Program-made: the position numbers and the translations under genes
Assembly (NCBI GenBank): GCA_964388675.1
Contig: CAYMBL010000019.1
Location: 2,539 to 66,538 of the forward strand
Source: an uncultured Planctomycetales bacterium
GTDB lineage: Bacteria; Planctomycetota; Phycisphaerae; UBA1845; Fen-1342
Reading direction: 5' to 3'
Length of the DNA stretch: 64,000 nucleotides
The notes under the pieces: generated by a model
What the model was told of the DNA's origin: nothing
The model's database searches: none
The model's input: only the letters and a program-made list of their open reading frames with translations
Part shown: positions 1 through 8,936 of the stretch, one piece after another
How positions within the stretch are numbered: the first letter of the stretch is position 1
Layout: every line of letters begins with the position of its first letter

Positions 1-1
1 C

Positions 2-775
2 ACCTGCGGCGTCGGCGGCGGCAGCGCCGGTCAGATCACCGTCGGCAACGTCACGCCGGGGTTCGGCGGCTGGTTTGCGGGCGTGTTCTTCACGGAAATT
101 CCGGCGGAGCTCACCGGCGATCTGTCGCAGGTGTTCCTGACCGCGGACATCAAGGGCACGACCGTCGCCGGCGGCAGCCTCGGCACGTACATCCTGCGCA
201 TCGAGGATTCCGACCTCACCACCCTGTCGTTCGAAGTCACGGCGAACGGCGCGTTCCAATCCGTGGGCGGCGCACTCTCAACCGCGCAGCTCGTTCAGAT
301 CAACACCGGCGACGGCATCTTCAACCTGAATCAGGACACCTACACCGTCACCGTCGCGTACGTCGGAACCTCGGGCAACTGGGGCAACGGTGGAACGCTC
401 ACGATCGACAACATCAGCCTGACGGGTCTGTCGCTCGACGCGGCCGACACCTTCACCGTCACACTGACGTTCGCTGACGAGGTCGCGACCTGGGGCCAGG
501 AGGGTTCGCTGACCCTCGACAATCTGTACCTCGGCGAGCCGAATCTCTGTCCGAATCCGCAAGTCGGCTGCGACCGCAGTGACCTCTTCCCCTCGGGCGG
601 CGACTGCATCGTCAACCTCGGCGACCTCGGCCAGTTGCTGGCGAACTTCCAGCCGGGCGTCGGCGGCAAGACGCGCGATCAAGGCGACGTCTTCCCGCTC
701 GGCGGTGGCGATGGGTTCATCGACCTGGGCGACCTGGGACAGGTGTTGAGCGACTTCAACACCAACTGCCAGTAG
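2..775 (+). CDS. Secreted protein, 5'-truncated at the window edge, with a C-terminal dockerin-like module of about 75 aa
   Basis: The frame is open from nt 2 and the ORF track places an internal Met at 83. The tail CPNPQVGCDRSD...GGDCIVNLGDLGQLLANF...GDGFIDLGDLGQVLSDFNTNCQ is a tandem duplicated D-LGDLGQLL motif. It is about 65% identical to the C-terminus of the 46418..48841 protein. Confidence 0.6.
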   Translation, partial: TCGVGGGSAGQITVGNVTPGFGGWFAGVFFTEIPAELTGDLSQVFLTADIKGTTVAGGSLGTYILRIEDSDLTTLSFEVTANGAFQSVGGALSTAQLVQINTGDGIFNLNQDTYTVTVAYVGTSGNWGNGGTLTIDNISLTGLSLDAADTFTVTLTFADEVATWGQEGSLTLDNLYLGEPNLCPNPQVGCDRSDLFPSGGDCIVNLGDLGQLLANFQPGVGGKTRDQGDVFPLGGGDGFIDLGDLGQVLSDFNTNCQ

Positions 776-843
776 CCGCGAGAACGTGAGCCAAACGCGC
801 GCCGCCTCGTGCGGCGCGCGTGCGACTCGGAGGTCTTTACCGC

Positions 844-2325
844 ATGCGAAGCGTGGGAACCAACGCGAATCAAGTCGCGTCTCACGCCCGCATGGGCGGT
901 GCGCCGCCGACCTCGGCGCACCGGTTTCTACTATCGCACGCCGCGCGCGGCGCTCTGCCGCTCGGTCCGCTCGTGATCCTGGCCGCGGCGTTGATTTCCT
1001 CAGCGTACATCCTGGCGTTCCCGCTCCGGTCTCAGCCGGGCGTGCGCTTCTGGATGTTCGCCCGTTTGCATCACCAAATGTACGAGCCGCGCGTCGAACA
1101 GTGGAATCTCGCCAACGAGCCGCGCGTCAATCTCGTGCTCCTCGGCACGCAGGCACTCGAACAGCGCATGCTCTCAGCGTTCCTCGCCGAAACGTCCGTG
1201 GCGGAACTGATCGAGGTCGAGCGGCGCAACGCCGCGCGCACCTTCGGCGGTCCGCTCGAAAGCGTCGGCTTTGTCGACCTCACCGACCGCCTGCGGAATG
1301 AGGGCCTGCTCGACCAGATCAACTCCGCGTCCTTCTCGCCATGGACGAAAAGCGGTCGCATCTTCGGCCTTCCGCACGATGTCCATCCCATCATGCTCGG
1401 ATACCGCGCCGATATCGTCGAAGCCGCCGGAATCGACGTCTCGCAGATCGAGACCTGGGACGACTTCGTGCGCGTTCTGAGCCCGCTCATGTCAGAGACG
1501 GGTTCCGACGGCCGGCCGACGCGCTATCTGCTGAACCTCTGGGAAACGCATCAGGAGGCGGTGGAACTGCTGCTTCTGCAAGCCGGCGGCGGGTTGTTCG
1601 ACGGCGCGGGCATGCCGACTCTCGACCTGCCCGTAAACGCCCAAGTGCTGACTCAGATCGCACTCTGGTGCGCGAGCGACCGGCGCATCGCCGCCGACGC
1701 ACCCTACTTTTCCGCCTCCGGCAACCGATTGCTTCTCGACGGGTTCGTCCTCGCGTCGTTCGTGCCCGACTGGATGTGCAACATCTGGCGCAACGAAATT
1801 CCGCAACTCGCCGGCAAGGTCAAACTGATGCCGTTGCCGGCATGGACCCCCGGCGGCCGCCGCACCAGCGTCTGGGGCGGCACGATGCTCGGCATCTCCC
1901 GAACCGCCGCGAACCCCGACGCACTCTGGAACTTCGCCAAGCACCTCTACCTTTCTCCAGAACTGGCGCGCGAGCTGTACCGCCAGGGCGACATCGTCTC
2001 GCCGGTTCGCAGCCGCTGGAGCGACCCGATCTACGATGAGCCCGACGCGTACTTCGGCGGACAACCGAAGGGCCGCATGTACATCGATCTCGCGCCCTCG
2101 GTGCCGTTTCGCCACAACTCGCCCTTCGGCCAGCTCGCGGCGGAGCGCGTGCAGACCACCCAGGTCAGGCTGTGCCAGTTCGTGCGCAATGCTCCGGCCG
2201 CCGACCGCGAGCTTGTCCATCAGGAAGCCCAGCGCCTGCTTCGCGCTGCGCAGGCCGACATCGCCGCCACGGTCCGCCGCAACGTGTTCGCTCGCGACAA
2301 AGCGACGTCGGAGGCCGCGCCGTGA
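844..2325 (+). CDS. ABC transporter substrate-binding protein (family 1, carbohydrate)
   Basis: SBP-like regions include SPWTKSGRIFGLPHDVHPIMLGYRADIVEAAGID and LMPLPAWTPGG. There is an N-terminal hydrophobic anchor. GGAGG lies 10 nt upstream of the ATG at 844; an alternative start is at 892. The stop overlaps the downstream permease start (GTGA). Confidence 0.6.
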   Translation: MRSVGTNANQVASHARMGGAPPTSAHRFLLSHAARGALPLGPLVILAAALISSAYILAFPLRSQPGVRFWMFARLHHQMYEPRVEQWNLANEPRVNLVLLGTQALEQRMLSAFLAETSVAELIEVERRNAARTFGGPLESVGFVDLTDRLRNEGLLDQINSASFSPWTKSGRIFGLPHDVHPIMLGYRADIVEAAGIDVSQIETWDDFVRVLSPLMSETGSDGRPTRYLLNLWETHQEAVELLLLQAGGGLFDGAGMPTLDLPVNAQVLTQIALWCASDRRIAADAPYFSASGNRLLLDGFVLASFVPDWMCNIWRNEIPQLAGKVKLMPLPAWTPGGRRTSVWGGTMLGISRTAANPDALWNFAKHLYLSPELARELYRQGDIVSPVRSRWSDPIYDEPDAYFGGQPKGRMYIDLAPSVPFRHNSPFGQLAAERVQTTQVRLCQFVRNAPAADRELVHQEAQRLLRAAQADIAATVRRNVFARDKATSEAAP

Positions 2326-3206
2326 CGATCGCGCGCGCCCAACCCTCGCCGCTCCACGCATGGCTGCTGCTGGCCCCGTTCGTGGCCGTATTCCTGACGT
2401 TCACCGCCTATCCGCTCGTGCGCGCGGTGTTCCTCGCGCTGCAGCAGACCTTCGGCCCGGGCACGGCCCGGTTCGTCGGCGTCGAGAATTTCGTCTACCT
2501 GTTCAGCGACCCGCTGTTCTGGATCGCCGCCCGCAACACCACCGTCTTCGCTCTGGGCTCGGTCTTCGTGCAGTTGCCGCTGGCGCTCGGTCTGGCGCTG
2601 CTGCTGAACCGCCCCGGGCTGCGTGGCCGCGCCATCTACCGCACGATCTTCTTCGCGCCCTCCCTCGTCGGCGTGGTGTTCGTCGCGATGGTCTTCTCGA
2701 TGCTGCTCGAGAAGCGCACCGGCCTTGTGAACCGGCTCCTGCACGACACGGTCGCCTTTGATCTCGATTTCCCGTGGCTGCAGATCTACATCATGCCGGC
2801 GCTGATTCTCGCCTCGCTCTGGCAGTACGTCGGCTTCAATATGGTCTACTTCTTGGCGGCGCTGCAAAACGTTCCGCGCGAGCTGGTCGAGGCCGCCACC
2901 ATCGACGGCGCCGGCGCTGCCGGTCGCTTCTGGCATGTCACCGCGCCCTGCATTCGCCCGGTCGCGGCGTTCGTCGTGCTGCTGTCGATCATCGGCAGTT
3001 TCCAGTTGTTCGAGCTGCCGTTCATCCTGATGCAGGGCACCGGCGGCCCCGAAAACCGCGCGCTGACGATCGTCATGTACATCTACCAGTCCGGCTTTCA
3101 GGCCGGCGATCTCGGCTACGCCTCGGCAATCGCGTGGGTGCTCGCGCTTATCCTGGCCGGCTGCGCGGTCCTGATGCGTTTCCTCGCACGCGGGGAGGAC
3201 GCCTGA
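2322..3206 (+). CDS. Carbohydrate ABC transporter permease (MalF/UgpA-like)
   Basis: Six predicted TM segments. EAA loop is EAATIDGAGAAGRFWHVTAPCIRP. GTG start at 2322 overlaps the upstream stop. Confidence 0.8.
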   Translation: MTIARAQPSPLHAWLLLAPFVAVFLTFTAYPLVRAVFLALQQTFGPGTARFVGVENFVYLFSDPLFWIAARNTTVFALGSVFVQLPLALGLALLLNRPGLRGRAIYRTIFFAPSLVGVVFVAMVFSMLLEKRTGLVNRLLHDTVAFDLDFPWLQIYIMPALILASLWQYVGFNMVYFLAALQNVPRELVEAATIDGAGAAGRFWHVTAPCIRPVAAFVVLLSIIGSFQLFELPFILMQGTGGPENRALTIVMYIYQSGFQAGDLGYASAIAWVLALILAGCAVLMRFLARGEDA

Positions 3207-4063
3207 TGCAACCGCGACTCGCGCGCCACGGCGTCTCGCTGCTCGTCCACGCGGTCCTGCTCGGCTCAGCCGCGTTGATCCTCATTCCGCTCGCATGGCT
3301 GGTCGCGGCTTCGTTCAAGTCCAATGCCGACTTCTTCACGTCGGCATTCCTGCCGGCCGGCGCAGGTTGGTTCGGCGTCGCGTGGGAGAGGCTCACGCTC
3401 GAGCACTTCCGCAGTCTCGGCTCGCTCGGCATCGGCCGCTCCGCTATGAACTCGATGTTTTTCGCATCGACCACCGCCGTGCTGGCCACGCTCGCCGCCG
3501 CCATGGGCGGATTCGCGCTGGCGCGGCTGCGTTTCCCAGGACGCCGGTGCGCCGAGGCGCTCGTGCTCGCCGCGATCATCATTCCACCCACGCTGCTGCT
3601 CGCTCCAGGGTTTCAGTTGCTCTATCAACTCGGCCTGCTCGACACCATGGCCGGGCTGATTCTGCCGGGAGTCGCGCCGGCCTTCGGCGTCTACCTGTTC
3701 CGTCAGGCAGCGTTCAGCTCGGTGCCGGCGCAGTTGGTCGAGGCAGCCCGCATCGACGGCTGCAGCGACACGCGCCTGTTCTTCGCCATCGCGCTGCCGC
3801 TGCTCATGCCGATGGCCTCCGCGTTTCTCATGATCACGTTCCTGGGCGCCTGGAACAATTTCCTCACGCCCCAGGTCGTCCTCCAGAGCCCGGGGAATTT
3901 CCCGCTCGCGGTCACCGTGGCGCAGTTGCGCAGCGTCTACTACCAGGAATACGGACTTCTCATGGCCGGAACGCTGGTCTCAATCGCGCCGCCGCTGCTG
4001 CTGTTCCTGCTGCTGCAGCGCGATTTCATCAGCGGCCTCACGAGCGGAGCTGTGAAAGGATGA
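3206..4063 (+). CDS. Carbohydrate ABC transporter permease (MalG/UgpE-like)
   Basis: ATG at 3206 overlaps the upstream TGA (ATGA). EAA motif is EAARIDGCSDTRLFFAIALPLLMP. Multiple TM helices. Confidence 0.8.
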   Translation: MQPRLARHGVSLLVHAVLLGSAALILIPLAWLVAASFKSNADFFTSAFLPAGAGWFGVAWERLTLEHFRSLGSLGIGRSAMNSMFFASTTAVLATLAAAMGGFALARLRFPGRRCAEALVLAAIIIPPTLLLAPGFQLLYQLGLLDTMAGLILPGVAPAFGVYLFRQAAFSSVPAQLVEAARIDGCSDTRLFFAIALPLLMPMASAFLMITFLGAWNNFLTPQVVLQSPGNFPLAVTVAQLRSVYYQEYGLLMAGTLVSIAPPLLLFLLLQRDFISGLTSGAVKG

Positions 4064-5556
4064 GTCACATGGCTGAGGGAACACCGCCCGCAGACCGGTT
4101 TCCGCGCGGCTTCGCCTGGGGCGCGGCCTCGTCGTCTTATCAGATCGAAGGGGCGTCCGCGCCGTCGCAGCGCGGTCCGTCAATCTGGGACACGTTCTGC
4201 CGCCAGCCCGGCGCGATCCAGAACGGCGAGACCGGCCTCGAAGCCTGCGATCACCTGAACCGCTTCGCCGACGATGTCGAGTTGATGAGCCGCATCGGTC
4301 TGAGCGCCTACCGCTTCTCGATCGCCTGGCCGCGCATTCAGCCCACCGGCGTCGGGCCGGCTCTCGAATCCGGCCTCGATTTCTACGACCGCTTGGTCGA
4401 CGCCCTGCTCGCCGCCGGCATCGAGCCCTGGGTCACTCTCTACCACTGGGATCTGCCCGACGCCCTTCAGCAAAAAGGCGGCTGGCAGAATCGCGAGATC
4501 GTCGACTGCTTCGGCAGCTTCACGGCTCACGTCGCGCAGCGCCTCTGTGACCGCGTCACCCGCTGGATCACGCTGAACGAGCCGCAGATATTTCTTGGGC
4601 TTGGTCTGGGTTCGGGCATTCATGCGCCCGGTCTGAAACTTCCGCTGCGCGACCAGCTCCTCGCGGCACACCATGCCCTGTTGGCGCACGGACAGGCGGT
4701 GCGCGTGCTGCGCGATACCGCGCGCGAACCCCTCGCGATCGGTTGGGCGCCGGCCGTGCGCGTCGAGTACCCGACCAACGAATCGGCAGCCGACATCGAC
4801 GCCGCACGCCGCGCAACGCTCGCTGTTCTGAAACGCGACATGTGGAACACGACCTGGTTCGCCGACCCGATTCACCGCGGTCACTACCCCGAAGACGGAC
4901 TGCGGCTGTTCGGCGACGATGTGCCCAAGTTCGATCCGCGCGACCTCGAGCTGATTGCGCAGCCCATCGACTTCCTCGGCGTCAACATCTACTCGGGTAC
5001 GCCGACCTCCGCCGACCCCGCCGGCGGCGCAGCCGCGCAAAAGCACCCAACAGGCTGCCCGCGCAGCGCGCTGAATTGGCCCGTCGCGCCGCCGTCGTTG
5101 CGCTGGGGCACGCGGTTCCTCTGGGAACGCTATCAAACGCCGATCGTCGTCACCGAGAACGGCATGTCCAACCTCGACTGGGTGGACCTCGACGGCCGCG
5201 TGCGCGACCCGCAGCGCATCGACTACACCCGCCGCTATCTGCTCGAGCTCCGCGCGAGCATTGCCGACGGCACTGACGTCCGCGGCTATTTCCACTGGTC
5301 ATTGCTCGACAACTTCGAGTGGGCCGAGGGCTTCAAGGACCGCTTCGGCCTGGTGCATGTCGACTACGCCACGCAGCGCCGCACGCTGAAGGACTCCGCG
5401 TACTGGTACGGCGCCGTGATCCAAAGCAATGGCGCTGCGCTGCATCACGCTGCCGACGCAGTCCTCGCCGACGCGATGCAGGGTCGTGTGACCTCCGCCG
5501 GCGCCGCGAGTCCGCCGCGCGTCAAATCCATCCGAAAGACGGTGGTGCACCCATGA
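4060..5556 (+). CDS. GH1 beta-glucosidase
   Basis: GH1 signatures are FAWGAASSSYQIEGA, the acid/base motif ITLNEPQ, the nucleophile motif VVTENGMS, and HWSLLDNFEWAEGF. ATGA overlaps with both flanking genes. Confidence 0.85.
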   Translation: MSHMAEGTPPADRFPRGFAWGAASSSYQIEGASAPSQRGPSIWDTFCRQPGAIQNGETGLEACDHLNRFADDVELMSRIGLSAYRFSIAWPRIQPTGVGPALESGLDFYDRLVDALLAAGIEPWVTLYHWDLPDALQQKGGWQNREIVDCFGSFTAHVAQRLCDRVTRWITLNEPQIFLGLGLGSGIHAPGLKLPLRDQLLAAHHALLAHGQAVRVLRDTAREPLAIGWAPAVRVEYPTNESAADIDAARRATLAVLKRDMWNTTWFADPIHRGHYPEDGLRLFGDDVPKFDPRDLELIAQPIDFLGVNIYSGTPTSADPAGGAAAQKHPTGCPRSALNWPVAPPSLRWGTRFLWERYQTPIVVTENGMSNLDWVDLDGRVRDPQRIDYTRRYLLELRASIADGTDVRGYFHWSLLDNFEWAEGFKDRFGLVHVDYATQRRTLKDSAYWYGAVIQSNGAALHHAADAVLADAMQGRVTSAGAASPPRVKSIRKTVVHP

Positions 5557-7448
5557 GCCGCGCGCAGATTCTGACGCTCTTGATCGCGGCGATCGGTTCG
5601 GCCCGCGGCCAGACCGCCGCGCCTCAGCCCTATCGCGTGGCGCCCGACGAGCGCGGCGTGTGGTCGCTCATCGCGCCGGACGGCGCCCGATTCTTCTCCC
5701 TCGGCGTGAACAACGTGAGCGGCGCCGCCTGGAACCCGCGACCGAACACGCGCTACTACGACGCCATCCAGCGCCAGTTCCAGGGCAACGCCTCGTCCTG
5801 GTCCGATGCCACGCGCTCCCTGCTGCTCGATCACGGTTTCAACACCCTCGGCGCGTGGAGCCGCAAGGAAGTCCGAGCCGGTGACGGCCTGCATCGCACG
5901 CTCGTGCTTTACGTCGCCGGACACGTGCCCGACCGTTGCCTCGTCGCGCTGGAACCCGGCTTCGAGACCATCGCCCGCGACAACGCGCGGCTCGCGCTCG
6001 CCGAATACCCTGATCGCGCCGCGGTCATGGGCGTCTTCCTCGACAACGAGATGCCTTGGTGGGGCCGCGGCGCGTACCAGCCGAGCCGCAATTACACCCT
6101 GCTCGAGCGCGCCCTTGACCTCGATCCGCAGAGCGCCGCACACCAGGCCGCGCTGCGCTTCCTGCAAGAGCGCCATGCCGACGCCGGCGCGCTAGCGTCT
6201 GCCTGGCAGCTCCAGCCCCGCGCGTGGGATGCTCTTACCGGCGAATCCCTCTCTCTCTCGGTCAACGAGACCGCGCTGCGCGATCGCGCCGCTTTCACCG
6301 CGATCGTCGCCGATCGCTTCTTTTCGATTTCCGCACGCGTCGCGCGAGAGATGGTGCCCGGCGCACTCGTCCTCGGCGTTCGCCACGGCGGCGACGCGCC
6401 CGACGCCGTGCTGATCGAGGAAGCCAAACACTGTGATGTGATTTCGCTGAACGACTACAACTACGCCCCGGACGTCAGCTTTCAGCACTACGCCCGCTTC
6501 TGGCTGCTCACCCAGCGCCCGCTGATGCTCACCGAGTTTTCGTGGCGCGCGACCGAGAATGCCAGCGGAAATCCGAATTCACGCGGCGCCGGGCCGCTCG
6601 TCGCCACCCAGGCCGACCGTGCGACGCGCTACGCCGAGTACGTGCGCGACCTGGCCACGATCCCCGTCGTCGTCGGCGCGCACTGGTTCGAATTCGCGGA
6701 TCAGTCGCCGCAGGGCCGTTTCGACGGCGAAGATTCGAATTACGGCATCGTCGATCTGGAGAATCGCCCCTACGAAACGCTGCTTCTCGCGATGAAACAG
6801 ACACACGCCGAATTGCCCGCGCTCCGCGCCGCGACGCCTCGGCGAATGCCCACCGAACTCGAAAAACCGCAGCGGCCGCGCTACAGCCCCGGGCAGCGCC
6901 CCGAGCGCCCGCCGACCCTCGATCTGCTCACCGACTGGATCGCCGAGCCCGAGCTTTGGCACGCCGACGACGCCGCCATTACCTGGGAGCGCACATCCGA
7001 CGGCCTGCGCCTGACGCACGAAACCGGCGGCGCCTACGGCTGCGGCATCAGCTTTCACGGCCCGCGCCACGCAGCGCGCGGCGTCGGCCCGGCGCTCACA
7101 ACCGACCTCGACGGCTACACGCACATCGCCATCGACTACACCGCGCCGCGGGGGCTGCAATTCAACATCGTGCTGGCGGAAGCCGGCAGCGGGCCGCCCG
7201 GTCGCAGCGAATACGCAACTGCCGCGGGCGACGATGGCGAAGCGTTCATCTCCGAGTCCTGGTTCGCCGCCGGCGGCCGGCAGCAGGTTCGCATCGCGCT
7301 GCGCGACCTGAATCGCCAGCGTTTCTGGGGCAACCAGCGCGGCGGAAACACCATCGACATGCAGGCCGTGCTGAACATTGGCTTGCAACTGCAAGGCACG
7401 CCGCGCAGCGGAGTCGTGGACCTGCACACGCTGCGATTGGAGCGATGA
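5553..7448 (+). CDS. Secreted glycoside-hydrolase-like protein (TIM-barrel type, family not resolved) with a C-terminal beta-sandwich/CBM-like region
   Basis: Signal peptide MSRAQILTLLIAAIGSARG. Motifs FLDNEMPWWG and HWFEFADQSPQGRFDGEDSNYGIVD resemble the ends of clan GH-A catalytic barrels. It is the last gene of the sugar operon. Confidence 0.5.
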   Translation: MSRAQILTLLIAAIGSARGQTAAPQPYRVAPDERGVWSLIAPDGARFFSLGVNNVSGAAWNPRPNTRYYDAIQRQFQGNASSWSDATRSLLLDHGFNTLGAWSRKEVRAGDGLHRTLVLYVAGHVPDRCLVALEPGFETIARDNARLALAEYPDRAAVMGVFLDNEMPWWGRGAYQPSRNYTLLERALDLDPQSAAHQAALRFLQERHADAGALASAWQLQPRAWDALTGESLSLSVNETALRDRAAFTAIVADRFFSISARVAREMVPGALVLGVRHGGDAPDAVLIEEAKHCDVISLNDYNYAPDVSFQHYARFWLLTQRPLMLTEFSWRATENASGNPNSRGAGPLVATQADRATRYAEYVRDLATIPVVVGAHWFEFADQSPQGRFDGEDSNYGIVDLENRPYETLLLAMKQTHAELPALRAATPRRMPTELEKPQRPRYSPGQRPERPPTLDLLTDWIAEPELWHADDAAITWERTSDGLRLTHETGGAYGCGISFHGPRHAARGVGPALTTDLDGYTHIAIDYTAPRGLQFNIVLAEAGSGPPGRSEYATAAGDDGEAFISESWFAAGGRQQVRIALRDLNRQRFWGNQRGGNTIDMQAVLNIGLQLQGTPRSGVVDLHTLRLER

Positions 7449-7504
7449 TGCGTCGAGAGTCGAATGGCAAGTGAAAAACGCGAGACGTCGCGCTGAACTT
7501 TGAG

Positions 7505-7535
7505 GAGAAACCCGCAACGTGTGGGTTTTCGTTTG
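7505..7535 (+). terminator. Putative intrinsic terminator of the sugar operon
   Basis: Hairpin GAAACCCGCA-acg-TGTGGGTTTTC is followed by a T-rich run (ttcgtttg), 57 nt after the stop at 7448. Confidence 0.4.
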
Positions 7536-7579
7536 CAGTGGCTGATTGGATCATGATGTATCCAACAGGAGGAGAACAG

Positions 7580-8236
7580 ATGCGTAGATTCTGCAGTCTG
7601 CTCGTCGCGGGTGCGGTATTCGCTCCCGCAGCCGTCGCCGCGACCACCGTCGGCGTCGACGATTCGTCCGGCCCCTGGCTCGGCTTCATGAACGTGTTCG
7701 ATCTCGGCGGCGGATATCAGTTCGGCAGCCCCTGGGGCGTGCCGGATCTCGTCGCCGAATTCGACGACAGCAGCCAGGAGCTTCGCCTGGCGCCCAACTC
7801 GATCGGCGACCCCGACCCCTACTGGTACACGCCGTCCGGCGGCCCCGGCGCGGCGGGTAACAAGATCATGGACGCCAATCTCTACCAGGAGTACACCGAC
7901 GTCTTCAACGGTCAGACCCTGACCTTCGAAGGAACGATCCTCTCGAACTCGTTCACGTCGGCGCACACGGCGACCGCCTTCATCAAGGACTTCGCGCCGG
8001 ATTACTCGTCGTTCAACATCAGCACCGTCCCGCTCACTCCGGGCGCATTCAGCGTGTCGCTGGCGACCGATCCGGGCGCCGGCCGCCACGTGCAGTTCGG
8101 CTTCGAGATCATCGGCGTAAACGTGTGGATCACCGACGTCGCGCCGTTCGGCGAGGCGATCATCAGCACGATCCCCGAGCCGACCTCGCTGCTGCTGCTG
8201 GCCCTCGGCGGCCTCGCGACGCTGCGCCGTCGCTAA
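7580..8236 (+). CDS. PEP-CTERM sorting-domain secreted protein
   Basis: GGAGGAG lies 6 nt upstream of the ATG. Signal peptide present. C-terminus IPEPTSLLLLALGGLATLRRR is a PEP motif, TM helix and basic tail. Confidence 0.7.
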   Translation: MRRFCSLLVAGAVFAPAAVAATTVGVDDSSGPWLGFMNVFDLGGGYQFGSPWGVPDLVAEFDDSSQELRLAPNSIGDPDPYWYTPSGGPGAAGNKIMDANLYQEYTDVFNGQTLTFEGTILSNSFTSAHTATAFIKDFAPDYSSFNISTVPLTPGAFSVSLATDPGAGRHVQFGFEIIGVNVWITDVAPFGEAIISTIPEPTSLLLLALGGLATLRRR

Positions 8237-8373
8237 CGCCCCGATTTCCTTGACTCCCGTCGTTTCGCGGGCCGGCGGATTGCAACCGTCGGCCTGCGCT
8301 GTTTCTGCTCGGTGTCTTTTCTGAAGAACCGGGCGGTGTGCCACGGCCTTTGCGAGGAGCGTCTTCGACCGAA

Positions 8374-8806
8374 CGGCCGCTGTGTGCCACTGTTCTCCGA
8401 GCAGTGGCTTCGCTCCATTCGAACTGCGCTGCGGGACCGGGTCGGAGACCGCGTCGGGGACCTGGTCGGGTGGCTTTCGCGTACTCCGCGTAAGCATGCT
8501 CTGCTCCGCGTCCTGGCGCGAAAATCCCTCCTCGCGCCACTCCGTCTCGGGTGCCCTGGGTGCCATGTTGGGTGCCATGCCGACCAAGGGTCGGCATGCA
8601 AGCGCTGCCGCACGTGCCGTGCGCCGAAATTCCGGTCTGCGTTCCACTGCTCTCCGAGCATTGTCTTCGTTCCGGCCGGGCTGCACTGGGGGACCGGCCT
8701 CTGGCCGGTCTGCCTTCCGGTGCTACCGTTACGAGGTTCCAGTTCTGTGTGCCACTGTCTCGAGCAGTGTCTTCGCTCCATTCGAGCTGCGCTGGGGGAC
8801 CGGCCT
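8374..8806. repeat. Array of BIME-like mosaic intergenic repeats built from three palindromic motifs
   Basis: Three palindromic motifs. Motif a: GGGGGACCGGCCTCTGGCCGGTC at 8677-8700 and 8784-8806, with a degenerate copy at 8421-8460. Motif b: GGTGCCATGCCGACCAAGGGTCGGCATGCAAGCGCTGCCGC at 8561-8602. Motif c: GTGCCACTG..TCTCCGAGCAGTG.CTTCGCTCCATTCGA at 8374-8413, 8630-8660 and 8738-8775. Confidence 0.6.
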
Positions 8807-8936
8807 CTGGCCGGTCTGCCTTCCGGTGCCGCCGTTACTTTCAACGCTCAGTGCGCTCCCTTCTCGCCCCCTCACCCTCCCCGCTACCATCCTCGCAGCG
8901 CTCAAGATTCACGGTCTAGCGTACGAAGGAGTACAC

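Noticed and set aside
7136-8686. A 516-aa minus-strand ORF across the GH-like gene end, the PEP-CTERM gene and the repeat array
   Set aside because: It is antisense to two well-supported plus-strand genes and has an Arg-rich composition. It is a typical high-GC open-frame artefact.
8374-8806. Possible CRISPR array suggested by the repeated about 25-40 bp palindromic units
   Set aside because: Three different motifs alternate in variable order with variable spacing and sequence drift. There are no uniform repeat-spacer periodicity and no cas genes. The region fits REP/BIME-like extragenic repeats instead.
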